From NCBI RefSeq assembly GCF_009914755.1, contig NC_060940.1: 64,000 nt of DNA; one strand, 5' to 3'. Below the pieces are notes generated by a model. It was not told the origin of the DNA and did no database searches. It saw only the letters and a list, made by a program, of their open reading frames with translations. Shown here piece after piece: positions 59,064 through 64,000 of the stretch. Numbering within the stretch: the first letter of the stretch is position 1; each line of letters begins with the position of its first letter. Made by a program: the position numbers and the translations under genes. Source of the stretch: the human T2T-CHM13v2.0 reference genome, Homo sapiens.

Positions 59064-62000
59064 CTGTCAGCAAGAAGGCCATACTTGGGTGAACTGGTCC
59101 ATCATAACACACAGCCACCCAAGCAACGAAGCCACCAATCAGAGCAGGGCAGAGCACCACGACGAAGGGGGGGCGTTGTTGGTTGATTGATGGGTCAGTG
59201 AGGACAATGAAAGGAACAGGGGGCAGGTGGGGAAAGGCAGGATTAGAGAACAGGGAAGGGAACAAATAGCACAGACACAGAGGTAAGACGCAGACACCAA
59301 GACAACACAGAGCAGAAAGCCAAGGCAAAGCATTGATTAGCATTCGGTCTCATTGCACACATCACAGGCCATCATCACTAACAACGACAGGCTCGGTCCG
59401 GCTCCAAGAGGCAAATGTTTTCAAGGAGTTGTTAATACTAGAATTGCATGGAGCCCAAATTTAGGAATCTGAATTTTGTTCTTACTCAGAGAAAGTCAAA
59501 TATAACTCCAGGGTTTGAGATGGAAAAATTTACTTGAACAAAACAGTCTGACAAAAGGCCTTAAAAAAGCAATTTAAACTGAAATAGCTTTATTTTTCAA
59601 AATGGAAAATTTATGCTTGACAGCAATTCAGAGATTTTATTTCCGGTATTAAGCCAGATCTTTAAATGTATGAAAATGCTGAGCACCCAGAACTGATTTT
59701 AATTTTTTCCTGTTTTTTTTTTTTTCATGTTAATCATTCAGTTAATTGTGTTACAATACAAATGAAACCAAATCCATATTCTAGACAAACATTTAACATA
59801 AATGCAGTCAGGGTCAAAGACTTTCCACCCATTTATCAATATGAATATACAGAGTAAGAAATGTGATATATTGTATAAGAAATACAATATATGTAAATCC
59901 ATGAACAATCTTTGAAAATTCAATTCTAAGCTTTGATTTGACATTTTTGGTACTGGGACCAATCATTCATCAATCTGAAAGACTTAGCGAATGACTGTTC
60001 TGACTTGGGGGCAATCCAAGTTAAGTGAATTTAGAGTTAATCTTTAAAGAACAATCTGCATTTGAGAAATTATCCATCACCCCAATTTCTTGTAAGACAA
60101 TATAGAGCCTGGGCTCAAGCTATCAAATACAAACAATTAAAATAAAAACTACTAAATGTTTGGAAAGGACATAAATGAGAAATCAACAGAAATGCAGGCT
60201 GATGCTGCATAAAACAAGATGAGTACACAAGAATACCGTAAGAATAAACAAGCGGGTGGAGGTGGATCACACAAGCGAGAAGAATGAGTGTCAGGTAGCG
60301 ACGGCAGCACGAATGCGGTTTAGTGCTCAAAACTATGTCTACAAGATGCCAGGAAGGATTAGTATTAAAAACAGTGCGACAGGACTCGAGCGCCAGGCTG
60401 AACCACCAAGTGCAGAATGGGACGCGGCAGCTGCAGTCTCACTCACTTGCGCACTCACACGGCTACAGAAGACTGAGGCGTGGGCCACCGTGTGGCCAGT
60501 TCACTACCACTAGGACAGGTCCCCCACAAGTCCCAAATCTAATCTTAATTCAATACATTGAGCATTTTGTCTGTTGTATTTCACTAACCACACACATACA
60601 GCAAATTTTAAAGCATACAACTTCAGTGCATGCACATCTCAAGATGAGCCAATTTTTTGTGTTTGGTTGATGAGGAACATGACAGATTCACTAGATTAAT
60701 GAAGGTTTCTTGCTGGGACTAATTTATTTGGCACTAACTCAATTAATAAATTATGTCAGGATTTAACACTCTGACAGGCAAGAGGCAGATTAATGTTTTT
60801 CTTTAAATATGTATTTTTTTTTTCCCTGAATGAACTATAGCAATATTCTGGCCATTCACTATTTTGTAAATATCCTAAAATCCGGTATGAAGAAGAACTT
60901 CCGTGTGCAGGAGGGTATGGTCATCACTGGCAAGAAGGAATTAAAGTACAGAAACTATAAACCAATTCAGTGGCAACCAAAACAATACACAAAAAAGACA
61001 TTCCCTCAATCCCCAATACTTCCCTTTTATAAGTAAAACTCCTAATTGAGTGCCCCATTCATGATACAATCAAACACGCAGAACTATGGCCAACTAGAAG
61101 GGACCGTTCAAGACATTCTGAAATGAAACTCCCACCGTAATCACAGGTGAGTCTAAATGGTTTTAAAATCCTGGAGAAATCCTTTGCTTTTATTTAAGGA
61201 CAGCAAGCCCAGCAACATCCAGGAAACAAGAACCATAAACCCATCCTTCCCCACCGAGGAAAGTGACACTGAGGGAGGCACTGGTGGTGGAATGGCAGCC
61301 CATGCAGTGGCTGGGAAACTGAGGCTCTTCCTGTATGACTGACTCCCACCCTGGAAAATCCCAGGATCAGAACCGGGGAGGCAAAGCATTATCAACAGAC
61401 TCCTTGTCTGCCTCAAAACTGCTGGAGAAATGGACAATTTAGCCTGTTCGTGTTTAAGAAGGGGAGGAAGAGGGGCCCGTGGCTTCACTTTATTACTGTT
61501 CTGAGAGAGGAAGACAGCACACAGAAAAGGGAACAGTCACCCCCAACTAGTAAAATCAGCTAAAGCAACCCTGGCAGTCTATGAGTGATAGATGTTATTG
61601 CCAGACTGCCCCTACCTTCTTACCTAGTCCACACTTTATTCTCCCTGGAAACACATAAAGATTTAGAAATTCACTTTTCAACTTAAGCGCCTAGATGACA
61701 TTTTGCCTGGTGTGAAGGAAGCAGCTTGATGAATATGGAATTGCAAAGGAGAAATACTTCACATAATCCAGTGATGATGCATTTCAGGGTTGCTAAAGTT
61801 AGTACCATGGAACTGCATAGTTTATCTGTAAGGGTAATTTAATATATGGACTAAGTTTTCAAATGCAGATTGTTTTAAGTACCATATCAGTACATATCAC
61901 TGGGATATCTATAGATAATACTTATATTATCTACAGATACTAACTGGGAAAGCTAAAGAACAGTTTTTCCAACATGAGTTACTTTCAAATTTGCAAAGTA

Positions 62001-62433
62001 TGAAAACAAGTGAAAATGTAATCATACGCTCACTTATATATTAGGGTTTCACTTGTTTAAATGATCTGTAGGATTTTTTATTGTTCTAAGTGCCCAGTTT
62101 AGGACTACAAGTGCCAAGACAATTATTCATAAGAACACTGCAGTGTTCATAAATAGTCAAAGTTGAAAATAAAAACATAAGCAGTTAAAGTATTTGTTAC
62201 AGAATCAGGCCACTGCTTTCTCAGGATGATAATATGCTAACCTACTCAGTCAGATACACTGTTCTAGAGAGCATGCCTGTGATCGTCTGAGGAACGCTAC
62301 GCCTACGCTTTAAAAATTATCACTAATAAAATGGAACTCCTTTATTTGCATTTCCACTCTTAAAAATACATTACTTTTGTTTAGTAAAAATGAAGTTCTA
62401 TACAGAAATAAAATTAGACGTTTCAGAACTTTC

Positions 62434-62486
62434 ATGCCATCAATGACTTTATATGCCATCAATGACTTCATATGCCATCAATGACT
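62434..62486. repeat. 19-bp tandem triplication
   Basis: atgccatcaatgactttat atgccatcaatgacttcat atgccatcaatgact. Confidence 0.92.
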
Positions 62487-64000
62487 CTTTGGTCCTACCA
62501 ATTCCATTTAACTTTAATTGCTCTCAATGTAAAAGACCAAAATCTGTGCAAATCAGCAAAGGCAGGGTACCAACGGACCCAGGAACAGGCCCCACAACAC
62601 TTTAGAGACAGTGGTAAACAATCTACCTTCCTTCTAGACCAAAACTGTGTTGGGCAACGTAGCAGGGGTGGCATTTTTCTGGGTGTAGTTAATATTAACC
62701 TTTCTCTGAAGATATCATTAACTTTATTTTGCTTGGCACAAATGGTTTTTAAAGTGCATTCCTATTCATTATTTCATCATTGAGGACCTGACAAAATGAG
62801 GCTGCGAGGGAAGACGCTATTGTCTGTATCACAGACAAGGCTAAGCTTAATACATTAATACATCATGGGGTCTGCTGAAGGTCATGGGGCTAAAAGCATA
62901 AAAGGAGTGGCCAGAACTTCCCAAAGAGCAGCAAGTCACTATGGGAGAGATCCCATTAGGAAGGGGCTATGGTATCATTTTAAACTTGGTCATAAAATGT
63001 TTCTATTGATAAAGGGGAAGTTGAGATGGAAATCAGACTCTGAATGTTAAACTATTTTCAGCAGGACAATTGCACACGCTGCACTTCTAGCAGGGATGCA
63101 GTTTAGGGTCTGTCCTTCCCCCTTGCACCAGTGTTTCACTACACTGAACAGTATTAGGAATAAGCAGGCCAGGCTTATTCCTAATAGAAAAGGCTTAGGA
63201 ACCTTTTTTGAGACATTTTTGTGTCAAAAGGATTTTTTTTAAAAATAGGATTTTGATGGGAGTTATTACTTATCTTGAATATGGATTTTTAAAAAAAACA
63301 TAGAAGAATTAAAACACATAACCATAAAACTCCAAAATTTTCAGGCCTGTGAACAAATAACAAAAAGCCTTCTGTCTTCTTTGAAGTATAGGACATAATT
63401 ACTCTGACCAAATGAGAGTAAAATAATAAAAAACGCCAAACCCCACTGTTGACGCTTATTATTTGAACCTAAAGACAAAGAACAGGCACAAACCTCTATC
63501 TTGGCCACAGAGAATCCAGCTGCTGGCTCATAAAATAGAGGCAACGTCACAGTTTGAGCAAGATTCCTGACCTGTGCCTCCACGCATGGTGCGCTCACAC
63601 TGCAGCGGCACATGGACACTTACACGCTGCGGTACAGATAAGCTGACTTCTCAAACAACTCCAAAACTACGCAAGCTGTATTTTGTGGGAAACCACAACA
63701 AAAAATACTATTCTCACTCTCTACCTATTTTAAGACAGGAGATCTATTCTTTAGCCATCTTCATATTCCAAAAGAATGGCAAGTATTTCTTAAGCAGATC
63801 CACCACTCACAAAACCCTGAAATGGCCATCTTATAATAGGAGGCAACAGAATCACATTCTTGAACTCAATTAAAACACCAGATCTCATTTTGTATCGTGC
63901 TGCTAGTGTAAAATTTAAAAATAAAGATCATGGACCCTTTTCCTCTGCCTTATAGGAAGCAGCACTCATGCAAGTCTTTCCATGAGACTGATCAGGCCAA

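Overview
Human (primate) genomic DNA, recognisable as 16p13.3. Two genes lie in tandem on the minus strand. The first is the 3' half of CREBBP: exons 20-31 by standard numbering (RING/PHD, KAT/HAT, ZZ, TAZ2, NCBD/IBiD and the Q-rich tail), stop at 34975-34977, with a ~2.6 kb 3'UTR ending near 32.3 kb. The second is the CpG-island promoter, exon 1 (mitochondrial presequence) and most of intron 1 of TRAP1 (ATG at 24778). All twelve CREBBP exons have GT-AG boundaries and join in frame. The rest is very Alu-dense (roughly 70 Alu pieces, counted by eye), with old L1/L2, MLT1, a MER4-type solo LTR, MER20 and MER44A. Most ORFs in the supplied track are Alu or GC artefacts. I see no foreign or wholly new gene system. 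The best candidate for an under-described system is a splicing-control module around CREBBP exon 20, in a ~5 kb Alu-free part of intron 19. It comprises a ~250-nt AG-exclusion zone with distant branch points, an in-frame alternative acceptor adding SSPKYGLLAD to the RING domain, a candidate poison exon, and a cluster of inverted repeats. Repeat family names and boundaries are by eye and approximate.
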